In this document: piece by piece, positions 9,321 through 18,394 of the stretch
Layout: every line of letters starts with the position of its first letter
Position numbering within the stretch: position 1 is the stretch's first letter
Origin: Treponema sp.
GTDB taxonomy: Bacteria; Spirochaetota; Spirochaetia; Treponematales; Breznakiellaceae
Direction: 5' to 3'
Length of the DNA stretch: 64,000 nt
Assembly (NCBI GenBank): GCA_031281025.1
Contig: JAITFY010000126.1
Span: forward strand, 856 to 64,855
Program-made: the position numbers and the translations under genes
Notes under the pieces: model-generated
Told to the model about the DNA's origin: nothing
What the model saw: the letters and a program-made list of their open reading frames with translations, nothing else
Databases searched by the model: none

Positions 9321-11414
9321 ATGAAAAAAATATTTGCTGTGATTTTCTTTATAGGCATTTCAAATTTGTTTGCCGAAAACGAATTTTCATTACGTATTGC
9401 TCCAACAATAGATGTACCGTTAAGCATTGCAGAATTTAATACAGGCGTGGGTGCGGCAGCTTTGCTTGATTGGGGTTTCTGGCAATTTGCAGATGACTTT
9501 AATTTTGGCTTTAGTATGGGCGGAACTTTTACGTCTCTGCCTTTTGAAACCGGCGATTCGCTTACATTGATGGGGGGAACGCTGGGAGCTTTCTTGCGCT
9601 GGCGGCCGCTTGACCGGTTGGCATTTCGTGCGGGTGTGAACGGCGGAGTTTATCAATATATAAGAGCAGGAAAAAGTGCGGCTAATCCGCAGTTTTCATC
9701 TGCATTTGGCGGCGAGTTTCTTTTGTCGCCTTCCTTTTCACTGTTTGCAGACGCTGGGTACACTTTCAGGGTTTTTAGCGGGAGTAAGTGGAATGCAGAG
9801 CCGTTAAATTCTTTAGGAATGTCTTTTGGGTTTCGCCTTAATTTGTCCGAAATAATGGGCGGCAAGGCAAGGGTGCGCCTTGATAAAACACAACAATTCC
9901 GGGTTTTTCCGGTTTCTTTTGCGTGGTACGAATTTAATCCCGTAGCTACAGTGAAGGTTACCAATGAGGAGCCTAACGCAATTACTGATGTAGCGCTTTC
10001 ATTTTTCATGGACAGTTACATGAGCCAGCCCTGGATTTTTGCAGAACTTCCCCATCTTGGCGCCGGCGAAAGTGCCTATGTGCCGGTAACCGCTTTATTC
10101 AACGAAGCCATGATGAATTTAACCGAAACAGTAAACGCCCATGGCACAATCCAAATGCAGTACCGCAGTTTAGGCTCACGCAAAGATACCAACTTTGCGA
10201 TTGACATGCCGGTATTCCACCGCAACACCCTTTCATGGGATGATGACCGCAGAGCAGCAGCTTTTGTTTCACCCTACGATTTTGCAGCCCGGTTTTTTGC
10301 CAGATATGTTGAAAGTGCAGTTAACAGAACACAGAGTCAAATGATAAATGTGCCGTCTAATGTTTTGAATGCTGCCGCTTTGTTTGAGGCCTTACGCTTG
10401 TATGGGATTAGCTATGTGGTTGTTCCGGCTACTTCTTTTGCAAGGGTTGCCGCCGATGAGTCAGTCCTGGATAACGTGAGTTTTCCGTATCAAGCTTTGT
10501 TTTATCGGGGCGGAGATTGTTCGTACCTTTCAATTTTGTTTTGCTCCATGTTAGAAGCCCTTGGTATCGAAAGCGCTTTTATTACGATACCGGGTCATAT
10601 TTTTATTGCTTTTGAAGTTGGTGATGAAAACTGGTATGCGTTTAATGGAGATATTATCGAACTTGACGGCAAACGCTGGCTTCCTGTTGAGTTAACCATT
10701 CCCGGCGAAGGTTTTACAAGAGCATGGCGTGTCGGAGCTCGTCAGTGGAGAAATAGCCTTGCCAGAGGAGATGCGGCATTACTGCCTATTCGTGAAGCAT
10801 GGGACTTGTACCCTTCTGTTACGGTTACGGCTTCCGGCGATCAGCTCCCCGAAATGCCGCAGCAAAGCGAGATTATCAGGGCGTTGGTAAACGAAACAAG
10901 TGTTTTCAGGTGGACTGATCAAATGGCCGCCGCAGCGGAAAGGGAACGTATCAGACGCAGAGGAGCAGATGCAGAGGCGTTAGCGCGTAACGAAGTAACA
11001 GCGGCGCAGATAACTACTATTTTGGAAGAACAAAATATAACGGATGTAAACATAGAGGCAAGCGCCACAGGGATAATGTTCAGGCTTTCGGACATTCAGT
11101 TTTTGGCAAACTCTGCAGAACTTGCCGGGAGTGAAGTATTAAAGCTTCAGGAAATAGCCAATATACTGATGACATTGCCTGATAGGAGGATAATTGTTGC
11201 AGGGCATACCGCTATGGCTGGTTCTGCAGCGGCACGGCGTATTACTTCTGAACAAAGAGCGCAGGCAGTAGCAGCCTTCCTTGTAGAACTTGGCGCAGTT
11301 GATGCAGCAAACATTACCGCTGTCGGGCATGGAGCAGATCGCCCTATTGCAGATAACTCCACACCTGAAGGTATGACGGCAAATAGACGTGTGGAAATTG
11401 TAATTTCAAATTGA
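9321..11414 (+). CDS. Outer-membrane beta-barrel + Ig-like + transglutaminase-like cysteine enzyme + OmpA-type peptidoglycan-binding domain
   Basis: Signal peptide and beta-strand N-domain. Triad motifs GGDC, PGHIF and WLPVE. OmpA C-domain: IQFLANSAEL, VAGHTA, SEQRAQAV and NRRVEI. Confidence 0.8.
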   Translation: MKKIFAVIFFIGISNLFAENEFSLRIAPTIDVPLSIAEFNTGVGAAALLDWGFWQFADDFNFGFSMGGTFTSLPFETGDSLTLMGGTLGAFLRWRPLDRLAFRAGVNGGVYQYIRAGKSAANPQFSSAFGGEFLLSPSFSLFADAGYTFRVFSGSKWNAEPLNSLGMSFGFRLNLSEIMGGKARVRLDKTQQFRVFPVSFAWYEFNPVATVKVTNEEPNAITDVALSFFMDSYMSQPWIFAELPHLGAGESAYVPVTALFNEAMMNLTETVNAHGTIQMQYRSLGSRKDTNFAIDMPVFHRNTLSWDDDRRAAAFVSPYDFAARFFARYVESAVNRTQSQMINVPSNVLNAAALFEALRLYGISYVVVPATSFARVAADESVLDNVSFPYQALFYRGGDCSYLSILFCSMLEALGIESAFITIPGHIFIAFEVGDENWYAFNGDIIELDGKRWLPVELTIPGEGFTRAWRVGARQWRNSLARGDAALLPIREAWDLYPSVTVTASGDQLPEMPQQSEIIRALVNETSVFRWTDQMAAAAERERIRRRGADAEALARNEVTAAQITTILEEQNITDVNIEASATGIMFRLSDIQFLANSAELAGSEVLKLQEIANILMTLPDRRIIVAGHTAMAGSAAARRITSEQRAQAVAAFLVELGAVDAANITAVGHGADRPIADNSTPEGMTANRRVEIVISN

Positions 11415-11415
11415 T

Positions 11416-12984
11416 TTACAAATCTTCTAAAACTGCGATAAGCAATTTCATAACCTTGGGCACTGTGTCCATATAAAGCGTTTCCTTAATGCTGTGTACA
11501 TCGCTTAATTCCGGGCCGCAGGCAATCATGTCTATTTCGCCTAATTTTTGAGCAAAATGTCCGCATTCAAGACCTGCGTGAATTGCCACAGCTCTTGGTT
11601 TTTCTTTGGGTTTGAACAGTTCATCATATTTTAATAAAAACAAATCACGGAGGGGATTATCTGCTTTATACTTCCAGCCAGGCGAATCTGCTCCTTTTTT
11701 TATCTTTGCTCCATACTTACTAGCCAGCTCTTCCATTTGTTTTTCTATTTTGGTTTTTTTATCATCAACAGAGCTTCTTGTCATACAAACTAACACTACA
11801 GTTTCATTTGTTTCTTCGATAATTCCAAGATTACTGCTTGTTTCAACAAGGGGGGGATCGTTATTTACTTTTTCAATGTTATCGTCAACCCATGCGATAA
11901 CGCCATTAGGCAGTTCGCAGACTAAAGACAGTAAATTTCTTAAAGTATTGGTTTTGTATGGCATTTTTTCATGGTTTTTAGAGAATTCCGCTTTTATTTC
12001 AAGACCAGGATCAATAAAAGCAAATTTATTCTTTAATTCATTTGTAATTGACTTTAACTGTGAATTAAAAAGTTCCTTCTGTTGTGATGAAACCGCAATT
12101 ATTGCAGAAGCCTGCGCCGGAATGGCGTTAGATGCGACTCCGCAATTATTGAACGAAAAAAGAGACAGGTTTATTTCTGCATTTATTAATTTTTGTAAAA
12201 CATCGCATAACAAAATATTGGCGTTTGCCCGTCCTTCATGAATGCAAATTCCTGAGTGACCTCCCTTAAGCCCTGAAACAGAAAGAGTATAACAAGAAAC
12301 ATCCGTTGGCGCTGATAAATCCCTTTTTATGGGCAGATTAACATCTAACCTAAGGCTGCCTGCACAGCTTACACTGTATATGCCGTCACGTTCATCGTCA
12401 ACGTTTATGAGTTTGGCTTTTGTCCAATCAAGAGCTGGCGCAATTCCGGTGATATCTTCTTTGGTTATTGCATCCGCTCCGCCCATACCGTCTTCTTCTT
12501 CTACGGTAAAGATGGCGGCTATTGGAGGATGCTCAATATCTTTATCATCCAGAATTGCGCATATTGCCGCAACTCCGATCCCGTCATCGGCTCCCAATGT
12601 TGTGATAATACCAGGATATTTTACGCTTCTGCCTTTCATTTTGTTTTTTTCTTTATCCTCGAAATACGGCTGTACACCTTCTGAAAAGACATCCTCTGCA
12701 TCTTTATCGGAACTGGACACACAGACCATATCCATGTGCGCCTGCAGGATAACGGGAAAATTTGCTTCCTTGTATTTACCGGTACCATCTTTGTAAATTA
12801 TTACATTCTTAAATTTTTCACCCTGCCAAAATTTTAAATTACGGGATTTGGCAAAACCAGCAAGTTTTTCGCTTATTAAATCTTCGCATAATGTTTTACG
12901 GTATGTTTCACACAAGAATCCGGTAAAGTATTCCATCATCTTTTTTGTTAATTCTTCTGTCTTTTTATTGATTTCATTTTGCAT
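11416..12984 (-). CDS. pepD: Aminoacyl-histidine (beta-Ala-His) dipeptidase, peptidase M20C
   Basis: LQAHMDMVC, TTLGADDGIG, EEEDGMGGA, GGHSG, HAGLECG and VHS. Confidence 0.9.
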   Translation of the reverse strand: MQNEINKKTEELTKKMMEYFTGFLCETYRKTLCEDLISEKLAGFAKSRNLKFWQGEKFKNVIIYKDGTGKYKEANFPVILQAHMDMVCVSSSDKDAEDVFSEGVQPYFEDKEKNKMKGRSVKYPGIITTLGADDGIGVAAICAILDDKDIEHPPIAAIFTVEEEDGMGGADAITKEDITGIAPALDWTKAKLINVDDERDGIYSVSCAGSLRLDVNLPIKRDLSAPTDVSCYTLSVSGLKGGHSGICIHEGRANANILLCDVLQKLINAEINLSLFSFNNCGVASNAIPAQASAIIAVSSQQKELFNSQLKSITNELKNKFAFIDPGLEIKAEFSKNHEKMPYKTNTLRNLLSLVCELPNGVIAWVDDNIEKVNNDPPLVETSSNLGIIEETNETVVLVCMTRSSVDDKKTKIEKQMEELASKYGAKIKKGADSPGWKYKADNPLRDLFLLKYDELFKPKEKPRAVAIHAGLECGHFAQKLGEIDMIACGPELSDVHSIKETLYMDTVPKVMKLLIAVLEDL

Positions 12985-13031
12985 AATAGCCTCCTTTAAT
13001 CACGGTCATACAGGATGTGTCTATTTTACTT

Positions 13032-13061
13032 ACGATACCACTACTTTGAAAGTAATGTCAA
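13032..13061 (-). promoter_or_regulatory. pepD promoter with a palindrome in the spacer
   Basis: Minus strand TTGACA, 18 bp, TATCGT. Perfect TACTTT-G-AAAGTA palindrome at 13042-13054. Confidence 0.55.
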
Positions 13062-13066
13062 TATTT

Positions 13067-13747
13067 TTAGGGATAGCAGTAAATAAACGCATTCCTTTTT
13101 TTCCCAATCCTCTTAACCACTTTCATTTTGGTAAGCACATACAAGGCCTTCCTGGCAATCAAGGTGTTGATACCCGCATGTTTTGCAAGGGAAGAAACCG
13201 TAAACTCCTCACCTTTTTTAAAAGGAATAAAACGTTGGAAGTCGGACTTTTTTTTAAACAAAATACTTTCATGCCAGGCGGACAATTCCTTGTTGACAAT
13301 ACTGGTTTCCTTGCGCCTCCTGCCGCTTCTGCCTTTTTTAAGACGTTTTTCGGTAATATCGGCCAATACAATTTCGATAACAACATTTTTAGTTAACGGT
13401 AATTCTGGGGCATAAAGAAGAGCATCAAAAACACTCCAAATCGAACCTTTTTTGGGACTTTTCCGTCTATGAACAAAAGTCCCATCTAGTTCATACACTT
13501 CAATTATCTTAGTAACAGCAATAGGATGAACAATTCGCACCTTACCAAGTGTAGAAAACTCTTTTATCTTTTTTACAAGAGGACCAAAACTCCCAGTTTG
13601 TACCTCAATCAATTCACCACTTTCACTAATCCCATCCGCAATAAAATCCCCAACAACCTCCTCAGTTCTCCCACCTGTTCCCACGTAACGAAACTTAAGA
13701 GATCTATGCAAAGCGCTTTCATTTCTGGTGCCAATATAATTGTTCAT
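13067..13747 (-). CDS. Hypothetical PD-(D/E)XK-like nuclease-fold protein with a C-terminal winged helix
   Basis: ESALH...LK, IADG and LIEVQT resemble a PD-(D/E)xK core with E-x-Q. The C-terminus FTVSSLAK...ALYVL...GKKRNA looks like a wHTH. Confidence 0.55.
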   Translation of the reverse strand: MNNYIGTRNESALHRSLKFRYVGTGGRTEEVVGDFIADGISESGELIEVQTGSFGPLVKKIKEFSTLGKVRIVHPIAVTKIIEVYELDGTFVHRRKSPKKGSIWSVFDALLYAPELPLTKNVVIEIVLADITEKRLKKGRSGRRRKETSIVNKELSAWHESILFKKKSDFQRFIPFKKGEEFTVSSLAKHAGINTLIARKALYVLTKMKVVKRIGKKRNAFIYCYP

Positions 13748-13758
13748 CCTCTAACCCG

Positions 13759-13998
13759 TTATACATACGACAACAACTCATCAGCGCTGAGCTGCTCCAA
13801 AACATGATACGTACAACTAGCCCCCTTTTTTTCTTCGGTCCTGATTCCATTAACCCTAAAAACAATCATTTTATTAGTCGGCAAAGGTAAATCTAGGACA
13901 TTACCATTCATATCCACCAATACATTAAAAGGCAGCCGTCTATCTATTTCCTGAATGTCGCCTTCAGGGAATACTAAAAAAAATTCTGTTAAATACAT
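13759..13998 (-). CDS. Small hypothetical protein
   Basis: 79-aa ORF with its own promoter (TTGCAC-17-TATGAT), co-oriented with the downstream gene. Confidence 0.65.
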   Translation of the reverse strand: MYLTEFFLVFPEGDIQEIDRRLPFNVLVDMNGNVLDLPLPTNKMIVFRVNGIRTEEKKGASCTYHVLEQLSADELLSYV

Positions 13999-14169
13999 GA
14001 AGAAATCATAGCGTATACATCAAATCAGTGCAATTACCGGTATTTTCTGCAAAACACTACATGGGTGTGTAGGAATATTGTTAAATATTTTCAAATTTTA
14101 ACATAATTTTTGATAATTTTTATTGACATAAGAAGAAATACCTGCAAAAATAAATAAAACCCGTAATAG

Positions 14170-14195
14170 ATGGGTGAAAGTGGGGAATTGTGGGT
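14170..14195 (+). promoter_or_regulatory. MraZ operator (three TGGG boxes at 10-bp period)
   Basis: TGGG at 14171, 14181 and 14191, matching the known MraZ TGGGN direct-repeat site. A TTGACA -35 lies upstream at 14123. Confidence 0.85.
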
Positions 14196-14672
14196 ATGAA
14201 ATTATCCGGTGAATTTATTGTAATACTTGATGAAAAAAACAGGATCACTCTGCCTGCGCAAATAAGGAAGGAATTGGATACCAGTTCAATGATTCTTACT
14301 AAAGGCGAAGATAATTGTTTGTGGCTGTATACTTCTGCCAAGTGGGAAGAATTAGTCAGCAACCCGCTTAAAGAATATACTGATCCTTTTTCCAAAATTG
14401 ACCGGCGTTTAATGAGGAAATTTGTAGGCCCGTCACAAACAGTAGAGATTGACAAAGCGGGCAGAATTCTTATTCCTGATAGTTTGTTTGAATATGCAAA
14501 GTTAACCAAGGATTGTATTGTTTTAGGTCAGCTTGAATATATAGAAGTTTGGGAGAAAAAACGTTACTACGAGTACTGTAACGAAGATAATGAAGGTAAT
14601 GCAAATGATTTTGATGCAGCATCCGAAGAATTAAGCCGGAGAATAAAACGAAAAAAGGGAATTACTGATTAA
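14196..14672 (+). CDS. mraZ: Division/cell-wall cluster repressor MraZ
   Basis: LDEKNRITLP, IDKAGRILIP and IEVW. First gene of the dcw cluster. Confidence 0.95.
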   Translation: MKLSGEFIVILDEKNRITLPAQIRKELDTSSMILTKGEDNCLWLYTSAKWEELVSNPLKEYTDPFSKIDRRLMRKFVGPSQTVEIDKAGRILIPDSLFEYAKLTKDCIVLGQLEYIEVWEKKRYYEYCNEDNEGNANDFDAASEELSRRIKRKKGITD

Positions 14673-14673
14673 T

Positions 14674-15645
14674 ATGGATTTTGTTCACACTCCGGTAATG
14701 TCAAAAGAGATTTTAACTTTTCTCGCTCCAAAGAATAAAGCTTCTCTTTTTGTCGATGCCAATACCGGAGAGGCCGGACATAGCCAGGCTTTTCTTGCTG
14801 AATTTGAGGATTTAAAACTTGTGTGTATAGATGTTGATAAAGATATTCTTGAAATTGCGAAAAAACGATTGGCGCCTTATTCAGATCGTATTTATTTTTA
14901 TAATGGATGGTCTTATGACTTTTTCACAAATTATCCAAATGAACTAAAAAGACCTGACATGATTCTTTTTGATTTAGGTATCAGTTCATATCATTATAAA
15001 AAAAGCGCAAAAGGTTTTAGTTTTGATAAAGATGAAAACTTGGATATGCGTCTTTGTTCCAACGACAATTTAACAGCGGCGGACATTATTGCGCGTTTTG
15101 GAGAAAAGGAACTGGCAGATCTTTTTTATAATAATTCCGGAGAAAAACATTCCCGCCGTATTGCATCATTTATTGTAAGCGAAAGACAAAAGGCTGCAAT
15201 TACTACGACTTCGGCTTTAAACGAAATAATTTATAGAGCTGTGCCTGCTGGCCGGCATGGTAACAAAAAAGGTTTTAATATACATCCCGCAACAAGGGTT
15301 TACCAATCCCTGCGTATTGCGGTAAACGAAGAACTTTCCAGGCTCACGTGTTTCCTTGAGGCGGCGTTAAGGGTACTCGAACCGGGGGGACGGTTCGCAG
15401 TCCTTTCTTACCATTCTGGCGAAGATAGAATCGTAAAAAGGTTCATCCAGGCCAAAAACAAAAATTGTACCTGCCCAAAAAATGCGCCGGTATGTAACTG
15501 CAAAAGACGCAGTCAGGTTAATGTATTGACAAAAAAGGGTATTACTCCAACAAAAGAGGAGATAACCCGCAATCTTCCGTCAAGAAGCGCCAGATTGCGT
15601 GTGATCGAAAAGGTGTTAGACGACGAAGAGGTAAAAAATGATTAA
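14674..15645 (+). CDS. rsmH: 16S rRNA m4C1402 methyltransferase
   Basis: HTPVM, DLGISS, LDMR, HPATRVYQSLRIAVNEEL, SYHSGEDRIVK and SRSARLR. Confidence 0.95.
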   Translation: MDFVHTPVMSKEILTFLAPKNKASLFVDANTGEAGHSQAFLAEFEDLKLVCIDVDKDILEIAKKRLAPYSDRIYFYNGWSYDFFTNYPNELKRPDMILFDLGISSYHYKKSAKGFSFDKDENLDMRLCSNDNLTAADIIARFGEKELADLFYNNSGEKHSRRIASFIVSERQKAAITTTSALNEIIYRAVPAGRHGNKKGFNIHPATRVYQSLRIAVNEELSRLTCFLEAALRVLEPGGRFAVLSYHSGEDRIVKRFIQAKNKNCTCPKNAPVCNCKRRSQVNVLTKKGITPTKEEITRNLPSRSARLRVIEKVLDDEEVKND

Positions 15646-15931
15646 AAAGTATATTTTGCTTTATTTTTTTGTTTTTTCTATACCGCTTTTAATGGGGCTT
15701 TTGGTCTGGCAGTCTCACAGGTACACAAGTCTAAGCAATGATTTAATACGCATGGAACGAGCGCAAACAGAATGGATAGAAAGCAACAAAAGGCTGATAG
15801 CCATAATTTCTGAATACTCTTCCGCACAAAGAATAGATTATATTGCAAGAAATCAACTTGATTTGCGAAAGATACCACCTGAGTATTTTAGACAGGTAAG
15901 AATAATGGGGGGGAAGGAGCATGAATACTAA
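15638..15931 (+). CDS. ftsL: Cell division protein FtsL
   Basis: One TM segment, a coiled coil and RIDYIARNQL. Located directly after rsmH. Confidence 0.8.
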   Translation: MIKKYILLYFFVFSIPLLMGLLVWQSHRYTSLSNDLIRMERAQTEWIESNKRLIAIISEYSSAQRIDYIARNQLDLRKIPPEYFRQVRIMGGKEHEY

Positions 15932-17312
15932 CCTTTTAGGTTTTAGTGAATTATCTGAATTTTTAAACGCCCGCCATATCTCTTTTTCTTGCGAAAGCGG
16001 TTTTTCTTCGGTAGCAATTGATTCACGTAACGTAAAAGAAGGCTCTCTCTTTTATGCTCTTTTAGGCACATCATGCGATGGTCATGGTTTTGTTATTGAT
16101 GCATTTAAGGCCGGAGCTGCAGGAGCAGTTGTAGAATCTTCTAGAATTGAAAGTTTTGATTTATTGAATGTGGTACAAAAATACAAAAAACAATTAATTG
16201 TTGTGGATAACCATTTAAAAGGTTTACAGGATTCTGCGCTGTGTTATATTAAAAAGTTTAATAAATTAAAAAAAATTGGGATAACGGGCTCTTCTGGCAA
16301 GAGTACGACAAAAGAAATTGCAGGCGCTATAATTTCCTGCGAAAAAAACACGGTTATAAATAAAGGTAATCTGAATTCAGATACCGGGCTTCCGCTTTCT
16401 GTTTTTGAAATTAGAGATGAACATGAAGTTGGTATTTTTGAACTTGGCATGAATAGGCCGGGAGAAATTTCCGAAATCGCATATATTCTTAAACCAAACA
16501 TTGCTCTTGTTACAAATATAGGGAATGCCCATATCGAATTCTTCGGTACAAGAGAAAATATCTTTAAAGAAAAAAAATGTGTTTTTAAATATTTAACAAA
16601 CAATGATACTGCATTAATTCCCCAAGATGATGAGTATGCAGAAAAACTGGCGCAAAGCGTTACGGGAAATGTTAAATACTATGGGGCGCAGTGTTTTAAG
16701 GAACTAGAAGGAATCCGCTCTCTTGGCCTTGATGGGACAGAAATTATCTGGGCAGGAGAAAAAATCCATTTTGCTCTTGCAGGAAAACATTCGCTTGATG
16801 ATGCAATGGCTGCAATTGCAATTGCAAAAGAAATACCGGTAAGTAATAGAGCAATAAAGCAGGGCCTTGAATCCGTAAAACCGCTTTTTGGCAGGCTTGA
16901 AATACTTAAAGGACGCACTACAGTTATTCAGGATTGTTACAATGCAAATCCACAATCAACTTCCAGAAGCATTGAATTCTGCAACTCTGTTGACTGGCCT
17001 GCAAGAAAAATATATGTAATAGCCGATATGCTTGAATTGGGAAATAGCTCAAAAGAAGAACATGTTAAAATAGGGTGTCTTTTGGCGGAATCAAAAACAG
17101 ATGGAATATTTCTTTTTGGAAGCGAAATTGAAGCAGCTGCAGAAAACTTGCAGAATAACAACAAACAGTTTTTTCATACAAATGATATGGAAACGCTTTC
17201 TGCGGCGTTAAAACGTTTTGTGCAGCCAGGCGACCTGGTATTGTTAAAAGGGTCGCGCTCATGCGAACTTGAACGATTAACGCCAATGTTAACAGGAGAC
17301 AGTGATGTTTAA
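15921..17312 (+). CDS. murF: UDP-MurNAc-tripeptide--D-Ala-D-Ala ligase
   Basis: ITGSSGKSTTKE, ELGMNRPGEI, DCYNANP, DMLELG and LLKGSR. Confidence 0.95.
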   Translation: MNTNLLGFSELSEFLNARHISFSCESGFSSVAIDSRNVKEGSLFYALLGTSCDGHGFVIDAFKAGAAGAVVESSRIESFDLLNVVQKYKKQLIVVDNHLKGLQDSALCYIKKFNKLKKIGITGSSGKSTTKEIAGAIISCEKNTVINKGNLNSDTGLPLSVFEIRDEHEVGIFELGMNRPGEISEIAYILKPNIALVTNIGNAHIEFFGTRENIFKEKKCVFKYLTNNDTALIPQDDEYAEKLAQSVTGNVKYYGAQCFKELEGIRSLGLDGTEIIWAGEKIHFALAGKHSLDDAMAAIAIAKEIPVSNRAIKQGLESVKPLFGRLEILKGRTTVIQDCYNANPQSTSRSIEFCNSVDWPARKIYVIADMLELGNSSKEEHVKIGCLLAESKTDGIFLFGSEIEAAAENLQNNNKQFFHTNDMETLSAALKRFVQPGDLVLLKGSRSCELERLTPMLTGDSDV

Positions 17313-18384
17313 TTATTTTTCTGAGTTTTTATACGGTATTTTTTCTCCATTTCGTCTGGTATCCTTTCTGACATTCCGCAGCGCTTTTGCAGCTCTTACT
17401 ACATTGTTAATTTGTGTTGTTTTTGGCGGCAGGATAATTGCATTCCTGAGAAAACTAAAGGTTGGACAAACTATACGGGAAGATGGGCCGCAAACACATT
17501 TAATAAAAACCGGGACTCCAACTATGGGTGGGGTATTTATTATCTTATCTGTTGTAATTTCCATGTTATTGTGGGGAGATTTGCAAAACAAACTAATTTG
17601 GATAACGATGGGAGCCTTTTTAGCATTTGGTGCAATTGGCTTTATTGATGATTATCTTAAATTAAAACGTCATAACTCGGCAGGTTTGCCGGCATGGGCC
17701 AAATTTGTTATGCAAATTATTGCGGCAATTATAATTGTCTTTATTATTTATTTTACAGGAGATCAAAATACAACCGCTCTTTATATTCCGTTTTTTAAAG
17801 AACCGGTTTTGGATATGGGTTGGATATGGATTCCATTCGCAATCCTTTTGATCGTAGGTGAGTCTAACGCTGTTAATATTACTGATGGTTTAGACGGCCT
17901 TCTTGCAGGGCTTTTAATCCTTGTTTTTTTAACATTGGCAATTCTTACATATATTACAGGGCGTTTTGACTATTCAACATATTTAGGTATTCCGCATATT
18001 CCCGAAGCCGGTGAGCTTACTGTATTTTGTCTGGCTGCCGCCGGAGCCTGTGTAGGATTTCTGTGGTTTAACGCACATCCAGCAGATGTATTTATGGGGG
18101 ATACTGGCAGTTTATCATTAGGCGGTGTAATAGCAGTTATCTCGCTTGTAACCAAAAAAGAATTGCTGATCTTTGTGATTGGCGGGGTTTTTGTATTGGA
18201 AATTGCTTCTGTTATCATTCAGGTTGTTTCTTTTAAGCTGCGTAAAAAAAGAGTTTTTAAAATGGCCCCGCTTCACCATCATTATGAACTTATAGGCTGG
18301 CCGGAAACAAAAACAGTTATAAGGTTCTGGATACTCGGCGGGCTGTTTGCCCTGATTGCACTTTCTACTTTAAGGATTCAATAA
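17305..18384 (+). CDS. mraY: Phospho-MurNAc-pentapeptide transferase
   Basis: GTPTMGG, DDYLK, NAVNITDGLDGL, FMGDTGS and MAPLHHHYE. Confidence 0.97.
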   Translation: MFNYFSEFLYGIFSPFRLVSFLTFRSAFAALTTLLICVVFGGRIIAFLRKLKVGQTIREDGPQTHLIKTGTPTMGGVFIILSVVISMLLWGDLQNKLIWITMGAFLAFGAIGFIDDYLKLKRHNSAGLPAWAKFVMQIIAAIIIVFIIYFTGDQNTTALYIPFFKEPVLDMGWIWIPFAILLIVGESNAVNITDGLDGLLAGLLILVFLTLAILTYITGRFDYSTYLGIPHIPEAGELTVFCLAAAGACVGFLWFNAHPADVFMGDTGSLSLGGVIAVISLVTKKELLIFVIGGVFVLEIASVIIQVVSFKLRKKRVFKMAPLHHHYELIGWPETKTVIRFWILGGLFALIALSTLRIQ

Positions 18385-18394
18385 GGATAATTTG

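Noticed and set aside
11606-13415. Long antisense or overlapping ORFs (e.g. 11606-12241, 12329-12796, 12848-13396), and similar ones elsewhere such as 49313-49897
   Set aside because: They are shadow frames of well-supported genes, with no motifs or translation signals.
14096-14123. TTTTAACATAA, the reverse complement of a XerD arm, as a possible dif site
   Set aside because: There is no XerC-like arm at 6-bp spacing, and the surrounding DNA is very AT-rich.
15638-18384. dcw cluster lacking ftsI, murE, murD, murG and murC
   Set aside because: A reduced dcw cluster is normal for spirochaetes.
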